Sequence record: PP400780 | Source: Escherichia phage FL18 | Strand: one strand, 5' to 3' | DNA: 64,000 nucleotides | In this document: piece by piece, positions 44,457 through 54,341 of the stretch | Numbering within the stretch: position 1 is the stretch's first letter | How the letters are laid out: each line of letters begins with the position of its first letter | Program-made: the position numbers and the translations under genes | Notes under the pieces: generated by a model | What the model was told of the DNA's origin: nothing | The model's database searches: none | Seen by the model: the letters and a program-made list of their open reading frames with translations, nothing else

Positions 44457-46274
44457 ATGATTAAAAATGAAATTAAGGTATTGACAGATGTAGAACATAT
44501 TAAGAAACGTAGTGGTATGTATATTGGTTCTTCGGCTAAAGAAGCACATGAGCGTTTTTTGTTTGGTAAATATCAACAAGTTGAATATGTTCCTGGTCTG
44601 GTTAAATTAATCGATGAGATTATTGACAACTCGGTTGATGAAGCTATTCGTACATCATTTAAGTTTGCAAATAAAATTGATGTGCAAATTAAAAATAATC
44701 AAGTTTCGGTGGAAGATAACGGACGTGGTATTCCTCAAGGTTTAGTTACTGACCAAACAGGTGAACAAATTCCTGGTCCTGTAGCGGCCTGGACTATTCC
44801 AAAGGCTGGTGGTAACTTTGGTGATGATTCTGAACGCAAGACTGGTGGTATGAACGGCGTCGGGAGTAGTTTAACTAATATCTTCTCTACGTTGTTTACA
44901 GGCATCACGTCAGATGGCGAAAACGAAATCACTGTTAACTGTTCAAACGGAATGGAAAACAAATCATGGTCTTCTAAGAAATCTAAAGGTAAAGGCACTA
45001 AAGTAATCTTCACTCCTGATTTCTCTTCATTTGAAGAACATAATTTATCTCAAATTTATTTAGATATTACTTTAGACCGACTTCAAACATTGGCAGTCGT
45101 TTATCCTGATATCAAGTTCACATTTAATGGTAAAAAGGTTGATGGTAATTTTAAACGATTTGCTAAACAATTTGGTGAAGATAACATCATTCAAGAAAAT
45201 GATAAAGTCTCTATAGCATTCACAACATCACCAGATGGCTTCCGTCATTTAACTTATGTGAATAACATCCATACTAAAAATGGTGGCCATCATGTTGAAT
45301 GCGTAATGGATGATATCTGCGAACATCTTTTGCCGGGTATTAAAAAGAAATATAAGGGTATTGAAGTCACTAAAGCTCGTGTTAAAGAATGCCTCACAAT
45401 GTTGATGTTTATTAGAGACATGAGCAACATGCGTTTTGATTCTCAGACTAAAGAACGTTTAACGTCAACGTATGGTGATATTCGTAATCATATCCAATTA
45501 GATGCTAAGAAAATTGCTCAGGCACTTCTTAAAAACGAAGCCTTGATTATGCCTATTGTTGAAGCAGCATTAGCTCGTAAATTGGCAGCAGAAAAGGCTG
45601 CAGAAACTAAAGCAGCTAAAAAGGCAACTAAAGCTAAGGTTCATAAGCATATTAAAGCTAACCAATGTGGTAAAGATGCAGATACGACATTGTTTTTAAC
45701 AGAAGGTGATTCGGCAATTGGTTATCTCATTGATGTTCGTGACCGTGAACTACACGGCGGATTCCCATTACGTGGTAAGGTGATGAATAGCTGGGGTATG
45801 TCATATGCTGATATGATGAAGAACAAAGAGCTCTTTGATATCTGTGCTATCACAGGTCTTATTCTTGGTGAAAAGGCAGAGAATACGAACTATCGTAATA
45901 TTGCAATTATGACCGATGCCGATCACGACGGTCTTGGAAGTATTTATCCTGCTTTGCTTGCTTTCTTTAGTAATTGGCCCGAATTGTTTGAACAAGGACG
46001 TATTCGCTTTGTTAAAACACCTGTAATTATTGCACAAATTGGCAAAACTCAAAAATGGTTTTATACTGTAGCTGAGTATGAAGAAGTTAAAGATACACTG
46101 CCTAAGCATAGTATTCGATACATCAAGGGATTAGGCTCCCTTGAAAAGTCAGAGTATCGTGAAATGATTCAGAACCCTGTGTACGACGTAGTTAAACTTC
46201 CTGAAAATTGGAAAGAACTCTTTGAAATGTTGTTGGGTGATGATTCAGAACTTCGTAAAGAATGGATGTCCTAA
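44457..46274 (+). CDS. 39: type II DNA topoisomerase large (ATPase/GyrB-like) subunit gp39, unsplit
   Basis: 605 aa continuous; GHKL motif IDEIIDNSVDEA, TOPRIM-like region; no separate gene 60 follows. Confidence 0.92.
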   Translation: MIKNEIKVLTDVEHIKKRSGMYIGSSAKEAHERFLFGKYQQVEYVPGLVKLIDEIIDNSVDEAIRTSFKFANKIDVQIKNNQVSVEDNGRGIPQGLVTDQTGEQIPGPVAAWTIPKAGGNFGDDSERKTGGMNGVGSSLTNIFSTLFTGITSDGENEITVNCSNGMENKSWSSKKSKGKGTKVIFTPDFSSFEEHNLSQIYLDITLDRLQTLAVVYPDIKFTFNGKKVDGNFKRFAKQFGEDNIIQENDKVSIAFTTSPDGFRHLTYVNNIHTKNGGHHVECVMDDICEHLLPGIKKKYKGIEVTKARVKECLTMLMFIRDMSNMRFDSQTKERLTSTYGDIRNHIQLDAKKIAQALLKNEALIMPIVEAALARKLAAEKAAETKAAKKATKAKVHKHIKANQCGKDADTTLFLTEGDSAIGYLIDVRDRELHGGFPLRGKVMNSWGMSYADMMKNKELFDICAITGLILGEKAENTNYRNIAIMTDADHDGLGSIYPALLAFFSNWPELFEQGRIRFVKTPVIIAQIGKTQKWFYTVAEYEEVKDTLPKHSIRYIKGLGSLEKSEYREMIQNPVYDVVKLPENWKELFEMLLGDDSELRKEWMS

Positions 46275-46299
46275 GCTCCTTCGGGAGCTTCATTTTAAT
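46274..46299 (+). terminator. intrinsic terminator-like hairpin
   Basis: AGCTCC-TTCG-GGAGCT followed by T-rich tract. Confidence 0.5.
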
Positions 46300-46316
46300 T
46301 TTAATAAGGCTTAATT

Positions 46317-47417
46317 ATGAAAGTTATGTTTATCCCATCTCGCGCAGTCCCATTTAACCCAGAACGTGTACAAGGTGGTCTTGAAGCAGTACATTTAAAT
46401 GTGTTGAAATATCTTGTGTCCATCGGTGCTGATATTGATTATATCGGCTTTGATAATGACACGTTTGGTGACTGGAAGGTTAATCATCATCCTGTTGGTC
46501 ATCTGACTAAATTCAGTCTAGGTATGAGTTATACTATGGCTCGTAAGATTGTTGAACTAGCCGGCATTAATGAGTACGATTTCGTTGTTACAATGGAACC
46601 GACCAAACTAACCGTTCAGGCAATTAAAGACGCAGGTCTCTCTAAAGTTCATAAGAATTTTATGGCAACACCATTTGAACCAGTATCTCGTGGCATTGTT
46701 CAAATTTGGGACCAGACTATTCAAATTCATAAGAACGGTGGTAAGAGTTATGCTCCTACTAAAGCCTTCCGTGAATTTGAACGCAAATATTGTTATATGA
46801 CTTCAGGTCTGACTGACAAAATTGATTATGATTATTGGCGAGCAAATCCGTTGTTTGAAGCCGAAGATTATCCGGTTATTTGTTTGAATGATAAACCTGA
46901 AGTTCTTCCGGCGACGGATCTGATTATTAGTGCACAACGTTATGACACTAAAATGCGTCGTACTGATGTTGCTCTTGAAGCGATTAAAGCACTAGGCGAA
47001 AATGGTGCAGGATACTGTCCAAGCAAATGGGCGCCACCGGCTAAATATCCTGTTATTATTGATGCTCCACACAGTGAAATTATGGAACGTCTTAAAACAG
47101 CTAAAGCACTTATTAATACGTGTCCTGACACAGGTACGGTAGAGAATAGTTCTATTGAAGCCATCTCTAAAGGTGTCCCTGTAATCCAGTTAGTTTTTAA
47201 GGATTATCCTCATGCGACATTTGAATACGACCCAGATACTGTGCGTGTAGAAATTGATTCCTCTACTCCTAAGAAAGAAGTAGTTGCGCTTTACACAAAA
47301 GCTGTATTAGAATTCACTGACACATACGAAGCTCGAGTTAAACGTGCTGAAGCTGTATGGAAGAAGTATAACCGAGATGCAGTTGTTGCGATGTGGGATA
47401 AAATCTTCACAGCGTAA
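46317..47417 (+). CDS. GT-B fold glycosyltransferase (candidate DNA sugar transferase)
   Basis: 366 aa; N-terminal MKVMFIP..GGLEAVH Rossmann start; C-terminal TGTVENSSIEAISKGVPVI resembles the GT4 E-x7-E donor-binding motif. Confidence 0.6.
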   Translation: MKVMFIPSRAVPFNPERVQGGLEAVHLNVLKYLVSIGADIDYIGFDNDTFGDWKVNHHPVGHLTKFSLGMSYTMARKIVELAGINEYDFVVTMEPTKLTVQAIKDAGLSKVHKNFMATPFEPVSRGIVQIWDQTIQIHKNGGKSYAPTKAFREFERKYCYMTSGLTDKIDYDYWRANPLFEAEDYPVICLNDKPEVLPATDLIISAQRYDTKMRRTDVALEAIKALGENGAGYCPSKWAPPAKYPVIIDAPHSEIMERLKTAKALINTCPDTGTVENSSIEAISKGVPVIQLVFKDYPHATFEYDPDTVRVEIDSSTPKKEVVALYTKAVLEFTDTYEARVKRAEAVWKKYNRDAVVAMWDKIFTA

Positions 47418-47509
47418 ATCCTGAATAGCCTGAGGCACTATTACACATAAGATGATAGATTATATGGTCTTTAGTAATAGTGCCCTAGGAATCTACTGAA
47501 GAGAATATT

Positions 47510-47710
47510 ATGAGAACATATAACGTGGACTTGGAACTTTTTGATAAAGCAGTGCTCCGGGAATTCCGGCTTATCCAAAGATTTTTTGATATCGAGTCAG
47601 CAGAGTCCTTTAAAGAACGCTTTAAAGAAATTCGATATAAAATACAAACCGATACAGCTACTAAAGAAGAACTTCTCGAAGTGGCAGAAATTTTTAAACG
47701 TAACTTGTGA
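47510..47710 (+). CDS. hypothetical protein (66 aa)
   Basis: ORF between glycosyltransferase and rIIA. Confidence 0.45.
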   Translation: MRTYNVDLELFDKAVLREFRLIQRFFDIESAESFKERFKEIRYKIQTDTATKEELLEVAEIFKRNL

Positions 47711-47722
47711 TGAGAGAAAAAT

Positions 47723-48677
47723 ATGATTATTGAAACGGCTAAAGAAACGATTATTGGTTCTGGTGGTAAAAGCACAGCATTTACTATTCAAGGCAATAGC
47801 AAAGTTTATAAGATTTTGTCTAATGACCTTTATACAAACAAAGAATTGGCTTGTGTACGTGAATTAATCACAAACTGTATCGATGGACAAATTCTTAATG
47901 GTTGCACTGATAAGTTTATTGTTCAGGCTCCAGGTCGTTTAGACCCACGTTTTGTAGTTCGAGACTTTGGTCCTGGTATGAGTGATTTCACCATTCGAGG
48001 TAATGACGAAGAGCCAGGAATCTATAACTCATATTTTGCTTCAACTAAAACATCGAGTAACGATTTCATTGGTGGATTCGGACTCGGCTCTAAAGCTCCA
48101 CTAGCATATACCGATACGTTTAACATTACTTCTTATCATAATGGTGAAGTTCGTGGTTATGTAATTTATCAAGATGACAGTGGTCCACAGATTAAGCCAA
48201 CCTTCGTAGATAAGATGGGTCCTGATGACCGGACCGGCGTTGAAGTAGTTGTGCCTGTTAACCCAGAAGATTTTGAAAAGTTCGCATCCGAAATTGCATA
48301 TGTTATGCGTCCTCTAGGTGATATTGCAGAAGTTCGCGGTGTTAAAGATATCAAATACTTTCCTGAATTCGATGATGTTTATTTAGCCAAGGAAGCTCCA
48401 TGGGGTGAACGTGGTAATATCATGGCTGTTTATGGTGGTATTGTATATCCAATCGGAAGTGTTATTAAAGAACAAACCTGGATGATGACGCGATGCACAC
48501 TACGGCTGGTTAGAATGCAACGAAGTTGTTATTGAAATCCCACCGGTAGATGCAGAATATCTTGAAGAAGGAGACCGCATTTATTTTGGCGAACTACACA
48601 TCAGAGGTATCTATGGTAAAGACGAACTTGGGGCTGTTGAGGCTGAAGAGTCTTCCGACATTTATCCTGTCGAATGA
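47723..48677 (+). pseudogene. rIIA: rII-locus remnant: rIIA N-terminal portion (270 codons) followed by a frame-shifted protein-like segment
   Basis: N-terminus close to T4 rIIA as recalled; frame stops at 48535; another frame stays open 48489..48677 with protein-like sequence. Confidence 0.55.
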
Positions 48678-48693
48678 GTTTTTGACTAGCGAA

Positions 48694-49170
48694 ATGAAGG
48701 TTAAGATCGCTGATACTGCTCGGTACTCGTTGAAACAAGATCCAGACCAAAACAAAGAAGATGTAGTTCGACGTTGTAAGGTTGCGGTCTTTGCAGAGTA
48801 TGTAGTAGCAAATTGGCTAGACGGATATGTTAATAAAGGTATTGAAGACGTAGAAGACCCGTACACGTATGCATGGGACGTGTTAGCCCATCCCAAGTAT
48901 TGTGGAATTCGTGTAGAAGTCAAGACACACCAGATAGATTCTAAATGGATTTCGGTTACCACAGGATACAGTGGTGATTATCCGGGTGGTAATGGAATCA
49001 ATATAGGGCCCTTCCTTAATCATCGAGTCGCAGATTGCATTATTATATTAGATGTCAAAGAAACCTCACCTGACGTCTTCTCTTATTCTATAAAGTTCGT
49101 GGGAGACCATGAAGACCTAAAGAAAATCGTCCGTAAGAGCAACTACAACGGGTGGTATCTTCATCTTTAA
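48694..49170 (+). CDS. hypothetical protein, possible PD-(D/E)xK nuclease (denB candidate by position)
   Basis: 158 aa from ATG in ORF 48550..49170; D...EVK motif (WDVLAHPKYCGIRVEVKTHQ); upstream of ndd as denB is in T4. Confidence 0.4.
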   Translation: MKVKIADTARYSLKQDPDQNKEDVVRRCKVAVFAEYVVANWLDGYVNKGIEDVEDPYTYAWDVLAHPKYCGIRVEVKTHQIDSKWISVTTGYSGDYPGGNGINIGPFLNHRVADCIIILDVKETSPDVFSYSIKFVGDHEDLKKIVRKSNYNGWYLHL

Positions 49171-49183
49171 TTTCATAAAAATG

Positions 49184-49212
49184 TTTACAACTAAGTAGGA
49201 CTATGATATAGT
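49184..49212 (+). promoter_or_regulatory. T4-type early promoter
   Basis: TTTACA then 17 nt then TGATATAGT within GGACTA..TAGTCC inverted repeat. Confidence 0.45.
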
Positions 49213-49238
49213 AGTCCTATCTAAAAGAGGATAACATC

Positions 49239-49502
49239 ATGAAATTTAAATTTTTCTACGCAAAACATAAAGTGACCGGTGAGTTTGTTTCAATGTACAA
49301 CACTGTAGATGACGAAGGGATGATTTATACTCATTTAAGTCTATCTCATTGGGACTCAGACGTGCCTTATATGTCATCTGAAGCCGAAATAACTCGTTTA
49401 GTTAATGGACATATGAACGACCATTTTGGTGTTATTCTTTCTAAAGACCTTAAAGAGGTTATCAACAAAGGATATATGGAACTCGCGGAAGTTGAGATAT
49501 GA
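49239..49502 (+). CDS. hypothetical protein (87 aa)
   Basis: ORF with AAGAGGA RBS. Confidence 0.55.
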   Translation: MKFKFFYAKHKVTGEFVSMYNTVDDEGMIYTHLSLSHWDSDVPYMSSEAEITRLVNGHMNDHFGVILSKDLKEVINKGYMELAEVEI

Positions 49503-49695
49503 GCTCTAAAATGTGGATAGGAATATGGTTGCTTAGTATCCCAATGATTTGTATAATATTTTCAATTGTGTTGAGGTACTTATGAAAAATGCACTTCTTA
49601 TTGTACTAAGAACAATTTGTGATGCGTGGTTTTACATTGCATGTTCGTTCACTGGAACATGGTTGGCTTTAACATATTTTAATGTAATTTAATTG

Positions 49696-49725
49696 TTTAC
49701 ATCAAGGTAGGATTATGGTATAGTA
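49696..49725 (+). promoter_or_regulatory. T4-type early promoter
   Basis: TTTACA then about 18 nt then TGGTATAGT. Confidence 0.45.
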
Positions 49726-49752
49726 GTCCTATCAAATCAAGAGGAAAACAAA

Positions 49753-49953
49753 ATGGCTAAGCTTTTTAAAGATGTTGAAATTGGTGAAAAATTTGTCCTG
49801 AATAATGGTCAGCAGCTTATTCGTGTAGCTTCTATAGCCGGACAAACTCATAACTGTATCGCCCCAACGTGTTGGGCCCGATTCTTTATTGAGGATGACA
49901 CCGAATGTTTAACTGTTGAAGAGCTTTTTGAACGTTCTGATATGGCCGAATAA
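49753..49953 (+). CDS. hypothetical protein (66 aa)
   Basis: ORF with AAGAGGAAAA RBS. Confidence 0.5.
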   Translation: MAKLFKDVEIGEKFVLNNGQQLIRVASIAGQTHNCIAPTCWARFFIEDDTECLTVEELFERSDMAE

Positions 49954-49955
49954 AA

Positions 49956-49985
49956 TTGTACAAACTCTTGAGAGCAGAGTATAAT
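49956..49985 (+). promoter_or_regulatory. T4-type early promoter
   Basis: TTGTAC then about 18 nt then TATAAT. Confidence 0.45.
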
Positions 49986-50029
49986 GCTCTCATGGATTAC
50001 AAAAACATTAATCAATTGAGGAAATTAGC

Positions 50030-50476
50030 ATGACCAAATATTTAACTCGTAAAGACCTTCTGGCAGTTGGCGGTGAAGTTGTTGCAGTAGTTCGTAATGG
50101 CGAATACGGTTCTGAAGTTTCTAAAGAGTTTCGTTCTCGTGAAGGTTTTTACTTCTTCGTTAAAGGTTCATCTGATTGGCGACAAGTAGCAGCACGATTC
50201 TTTGTAGGACGTCAACGTTCTAAACAAGGGTTGGATGCAATTCTTTCTCATATTCGTCAAGGCCGTTCGCAACTAGCCCGTACCATGGGCACTAACAATA
50301 TTGAATATGATGTAATCTTTGTTTCAGCTAAGAACATGAAACCTCTGACTACTGGTTATGGTAAAGGTCAATTGGCTCTGGCGTTCACTCGCAATCATTC
50401 ATCAGAATATCAAACACTCACTGAAATGAACCGTCTTCTGGCAGATAATTTCAAATTCATTCTGCAGAGTTACTAA
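50030..50476 (+). CDS. ndd: nucleoid disruption protein Ndd
   Basis: 148 aa; [31 protein letters not shown]...[22 protein letters not shown] matches T4 Ndd as recalled. Confidence 0.85.
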   Translation: MTKYLTRKDLLAVGGEVVAVVRNGEYGSEVSKEFRSREGFYFFVKGSSDWRQVAARFFVGRQRSKQGLDAILSHIRQGRSQLARTMGTNNIEYDVIFVSAKNMKPLTTGYGKGQLALAFTRNHSSEYQTLTEMNRLLADNFKFILQSY

Positions 50477-50528
50477 TTTATATAGGCCTATTAAGTTGGG
50501 CCTTTAATTTATTTTTGAGGTAATTAAA

Positions 50529-50675
50529 ATGATAGCATGGATTATTGCATTGCTGTGTTGGTCGTTTTTATTCGTTAACACTTTAGTTACAGGCGAAACA
50601 ACAGTATTTCAACAGGCGGTATCACAAGGTACCTTAGCGGTCTTAGCTCTTCTTAACGTATTAAAAGGCGAGTAA
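50529..50675 (+). CDS. small hydrophobic peptide (48 aa; ac/52.1-like region)
   Basis: ATG with GAGGT RBS; single TM segment; below ORF-track cut-off. Confidence 0.4.
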   Translation: MIAWIIALLCWSFLFVNTLVTGETTVFQQAVSQGTLAVLALLNVLKGE

Positions 50676-50815
50676 TGATTAAGAAAATCTTAGCAGGAGC
50701 CTTCGGGCTCTTGTTGTTGCTTACGGTTCTGTACTACGGTGTGATGTTTGGGCTAATCCAAGTAGTGCTTTTCATTTCAGATGTTATAATGGTTATTCGT
50801 TCATTAATATGGTGA
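50675..50815 (+). CDS. small hydrophobic peptide (46 aa)
   Basis: ATG overlapping previous stop; hydrophobic throughout. Confidence 0.4.
   Translation: MIKKILAGAFGLLLLLTVLYYGVMFGLIQVVLFISDVIMVIRSLIW
50765..50790 (+). promoter_or_regulatory. MotA-box middle promoter upstream of gene 52
   Basis: TGCTTTT box about 19.5 nt upstream of TGTTATAAT. Confidence 0.4.
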
Positions 50816-50819
50816 AAAT

Positions 50820-52145
50820 ATGCAATTGAATTCTCGTAATCTAAAAAGTATTATTGATAACGAAGCCTTAGCATATGCGATGTACACCGTTGAAAACCGT
50901 GCAATCCCAAACATGATTGATGGATTTAAGCCGGTTCAACGTTTTGTGGTTCATCGTGCGTTAGATTTGGCTCGTGGTAATAAAGAAAAATTTCATAAAC
51001 TTGCGTCAATTGCAGGCGGTGTTGCAGATTTAGGTTATCACCATGGTGAATCTTCTGCACAAGATGCAGGTGCATTGATGGCTAACACATGGAACAACAA
51101 CTATCCACTGTTAGATGGCCAAGGCAACTTTGGTTCTCGAACAGTCCAAAAAGCTGCAGCATCTCGTTATATTTTTGCTCGTGTAAGTAAAAATTTCTAT
51201 AACGTATATAAAGATACTGAATATGCTCCAGCTCATGAAGATAAAGAACACATTCCACCAAAATTCTATCTTCCTATTATTCCGACAGTTCTTTTGAATG
51301 GTGTCTCTGGTATTGCAACCGGTTACGCAACAAATATTCTGCCTCATAGTTTTAAATCAGTCAAAAAGGCTGTATTACAAGCTCTTCAAGGTAAAAATGT
51401 CACTAAGCCAAAAGTTGAATTCCCGGAATTCCGTGGTGAAGTACATGAAGTTGATGGGCGTTATGAGATTCACGGAACATATAAGTTCACATCTCGCACT
51501 CAAATGCAGATAACTGAAATCCCATATAAATTCGACCGTGAAACGTATGTGAGTAAGGTTCTTGACCCGTTGGAAGACAAAGGTCTAATCTCATGGGAAG
51601 ATGATTGTGGTGAACACGGCTTTGGGTTTAAGGTGAAGTTCCGTAAAGAGTACTCGCTTCCTGATGATGAAGAGCTACGTCATGAAAAAATCATGAAAGA
51701 TTTTAGTCTCATCGAACGTCGTTCACAAAACATCACAGTGATTAATGAAAAGGGTAAATTAGCTGTCTACGATAACGTAGTGGACTTAATCAAAGATTTT
51801 GTTGAAGTCCGTAAGACTTACGTTCAGAAACGTATTGACAACAAAATCCTTGAATCTGAAAAAGCATTTAAACTGGCTTTTGCTAAGGCACACTTCATCA
51901 AAAAAGTTATCAACGGTGAAATTGTGATTCAGGGCAAGACTCGTAAAGCTTTGACTGAAGAGCTAGCACAAATCGAAATGTATAAAGAACATGTCGATAA
52001 ACTGGTAGGTCTTAACATCTTCCATATCACTTCTGACGAAGCACGTAAACTAGCAGAAGAAGCTAAAGCTAAGAAAGAAGAAAATGAGTATTGGAAGTCT
52101 ACTGATGTTGTGACAGAGTATACTAAAGACTTGGAGGCACTTTGA
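50820..52145 (+). CDS. 52: type II DNA topoisomerase medium (GyrA-like) subunit gp52
   Basis: 441 aa; N-terminal NMIDGFKPVQRFVVH, catalytic-Tyr region; size as T4 gp52. Confidence 0.92.
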   Translation: MQLNSRNLKSIIDNEALAYAMYTVENRAIPNMIDGFKPVQRFVVHRALDLARGNKEKFHKLASIAGGVADLGYHHGESSAQDAGALMANTWNNNYPLLDGQGNFGSRTVQKAAASRYIFARVSKNFYNVYKDTEYAPAHEDKEHIPPKFYLPIIPTVLLNGVSGIATGYATNILPHSFKSVKKAVLQALQGKNVTKPKVEFPEFRGEVHEVDGRYEIHGTYKFTSRTQMQITEIPYKFDRETYVSKVLDPLEDKGLISWEDDCGEHGFGFKVKFRKEYSLPDDEELRHEKIMKDFSLIERRSQNITVINEKGKLAVYDNVVDLIKDFVEVRKTYVQKRIDNKILESEKAFKLAFAKAHFIKKVINGEIVIQGKTRKALTEELAQIEMYKEHVDKLVGLNIFHITSDEARKLAEEAKAKKEENEYWKSTDVVTEYTKDLEAL

Positions 52146-52221
52146 GTGCCCTAGCCTTAGGATTTCTCAGTGCAATAGCTGCACTAGTGATTTGGCTATA
52201 TTGGTTGGACAAACATGATTA

Positions 52222-52245
52222 GGGAGCTTCGGCTCCCTTTGTGCA
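52222..52245 (+). terminator. intrinsic terminator
   Basis: GGGAGC-TTCG-GCTCCC followed by T-rich tract. Confidence 0.55.
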
Positions 52246-52262
52246 TTTTCCTCACAAAACAG

Positions 52263-52290
52263 TTTACACGTGCTTCAAACATGATATTAT
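52263..52290 (+). promoter_or_regulatory. T4-type early promoter upstream of motA
   Basis: TTTACA then about 16 nt then TGATATTAT. Confidence 0.5.
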
Positions 52291-52329
52291 AGACCTATCA
52301 AAACAAAACAACCAAATTGGAGAAATAAA

Positions 52330-52962
52330 ATGTCTAAAGTTACTTACATCATCAAAGCTTCTGAAAACGTTCTGAATGAAAAAACTGCTGCAATAATGGT
52401 TTATATCATTAAGAACAACTTCACAACTGCTGCCAATGTCCGTGAAGCTCTGGAAGCAGAATACAATGCATCAGTTGTTAACTCTAACATTGGTGTATTG
52501 ATTAAGAAAGGTTTAGTCGAAAAATCTGGTGATGGACTTGTAGCAACAGGCGAAGCAATGGATATTATCCAAAAAGCTGCAGACCTATTTGCTCAAGAAA
52601 ATGCTCCAGAACTTCTTCAGAAACGTAACACCAGAAAAGCACGTGGAGTTACTCCTGAAATGCATGAACTAGCAAACTTTGTTTTTGAAAATATTAAAGA
52701 TAAAGTTGAAGTTAAAGAAATTGGTGAAAACCGTAGTAACTTGGAAGTTCGATTTGCAAAACGAGTTCTAGGTATTCGTCAGATCGAAATTCGTCGAGAT
52801 GGCGCTCTTAGAATCTTTGCATACAACATGTCAGAAACTGAATCAAAGCTGTTTACTTCTCTTGAAAATGATGTTAAGATTAAGATCGGTGGTAAATATA
52901 CCTACATTGACTTCCCTAATGTGTCCAAAGAAATCATTACCCTTGTAACTAACGTACTGTGA
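52330..52962 (+). CDS. motA: middle-transcription activator MotA
   Basis: 210 aa; N-terminal MSKVTYIIKAS and NSNIGVLIKKGLVEKSGDGL match T4 MotA as recalled; C-half more divergent. Confidence 0.85.
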   Translation: MSKVTYIIKASENVLNEKTAAIMVYIIKNNFTTAANVREALEAEYNASVVNSNIGVLIKKGLVEKSGDGLVATGEAMDIIQKAADLFAQENAPELLQKRNTRKARGVTPEMHELANFVFENIKDKVEVKEIGENRSNLEVRFAKRVLGIRQIEIRRDGALRIFAYNMSETESKLFTSLENDVKIKIGGKYTYIDFPNVSKEIITLVTNVL

Positions 52963-52972
52963 GGAATACATA

Positions 52973-53302
52973 ATGAATAAGCTGAATATTATTAACGAAC
53001 TTCGTAAATGTGCAGAACCTACTCAGGAAGGATGGGATATTTGGTACCACGGGGCTTATTTAGGGACAATTGTAAAGATTAAAGCAGGCCAATATACGGT
53101 TATTCGTGAAAATAATGACGCGCCATTTGGCCTTCGTAAAAACTACATGGCAGCGATCAGTTCATTTGTTGATGCAGCTTACGAAATCTATAAAGAAGAT
53201 TATAAAGAATATCAGCAGTCACAACCGGTTATTCGTTCGATTGGTGTAAATAAACAAGCACAAAAATCTATTTGGCAACGTATTAAGGAATGGTTTAAAT
53301 GA
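52973..53302 (+). CDS. hypothetical protein (109 aa)
   Basis: ORF between motA and asiA. Confidence 0.55.
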   Translation: MNKLNIINELRKCAEPTQEGWDIWYHGAYLGTIVKIKAGQYTVIRENNDAPFGLRKNYMAAISSFVDAAYEIYKEDYKEYQQSQPVIRSIGVNKQAQKSIWQRIKEWFK

Positions 53303-53760
53303 AAACTTTTAAAGAACGTTTAGCTCTGTTAGATAAAGCTTTGTCGCGTGAGACTCCGGAAAGTCTGGCTGCTAAATTAGCTTCTTACGGTGGTGAATAT
53401 ACAGAACAAAATGTTTTAGACGAAGTTCCTGAAATCTGTTGGCAGACTGTGTATTGGGATGAAAACCAAAAGTATCAACGACGAATTGTCTGTGCAGCCA
53501 ACCGTTTTAAATTAAAAGATGGACGAACTCTTGTTATTCCAGGTGCTCGTCATTATTCTAAAGATATGGCAGAAGTTTTAGATGTAGTTAAACCTCAATT
53601 AGTTACTCAGCAAGTTTGTGATGATGACCAAGGGTTTATTGATCAATATAGTAATTATTGGACACGTGAAGAAGCAATGATTATTGCAACTTACGCTGGA
53701 CAAGTACGTATTGAACGTGGTGGTAATGAAAAAGAACTTTACTCTGAGGACCTTTACTAA
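53299..53760 (+). CDS. hypothetical protein (153 aa)
   Basis: ATGA-coupled ORF. Confidence 0.6.
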   Translation: MKTFKERLALLDKALSRETPESLAAKLASYGGEYTEQNVLDEVPEICWQTVYWDENQKYQRRIVCAANRFKLKDGRTLVIPGARHYSKDMAEVLDVVKPQLVTQQVCDDDQGFIDQYSNYWTREEAMIIATYAGQVRIERGGNEKELYSEDLY

Positions 53761-54056
53761 TGAATATTAAAAAGTTTCAAATTGATGGAATTACGAATCA
53801 AATTAAGGCATTGGAATATGCTAACAAAATGATGTCAACTAATTGGGGAATTTATACCAATGAGCCGGGATTTAAGTTCTGCGATATGGAATTCGCCAAA
53901 AAGCTTGTAGGAAAAGATTATGTATGTCCATTTAGTTCTCCAGTAAATGGAATGCTAAAACCTGCTTTACGCGATCTTTATATTGCGATGAACGAAGAAA
54001 TGATAAAAGAGTTAAAACGTCAACTGAAGGTGATTCAATTTGGCCAGGGAAATTAA
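53760..54056 (+). CDS. hypothetical protein (98 aa)
   Basis: ORF overlapping previous stop. Confidence 0.55.
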   Translation: MNIKKFQIDGITNQIKALEYANKMMSTNWGIYTNEPGFKFCDMEFAKKLVGKDYVCPFSSPVNGMLKPALRDLYIAMNEEMIKELKRQLKVIQFGQGN

Positions 54057-54258
54057 TTCAAAATCTGATTATTTTAATTCTCTCAATGATAAAGATAAAA
54101 ATCTAATAAGGCATTTTATTGTTGAGATGGGATATACGGATACACACGATTTAAGAGAACATATATTTGAATGTGGTGTAGCTAAAAAGTTTTCATTCAC
54201 ATGCAAATGTTTGAGAGAGGTAATTCAGCACTATGAACAATTTAGTCGCAAAACATAA
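54040..54258 (+). CDS. hypothetical protein; start uncertain
   Basis: Track start is TTG; first in-frame ATG would give only 43 aa. Confidence 0.3.
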   Translation: MAREINSKSDYFNSLNDKDKNLIRHFIVEMGYTDTHDLREHIFECGVAKKFSFTCKCLREVIQHYEQFSRKT

Positions 54259-54341
54259 TTTTAATAAAGCTTCTGTTCATAAAGATAAGAAGAAAGCGTT
54301 TAAAGAATCTAATCGCAAACAGAAACATAAGGGGAAGGTCT

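Noticed and set aside
48550-48693. N-terminal 48 codons of track ORF 48550..49170
   Set aside because: This stretch overlaps a more protein-like frame (48489..48677); the likely start of the downstream gene is the ATG at 48694.
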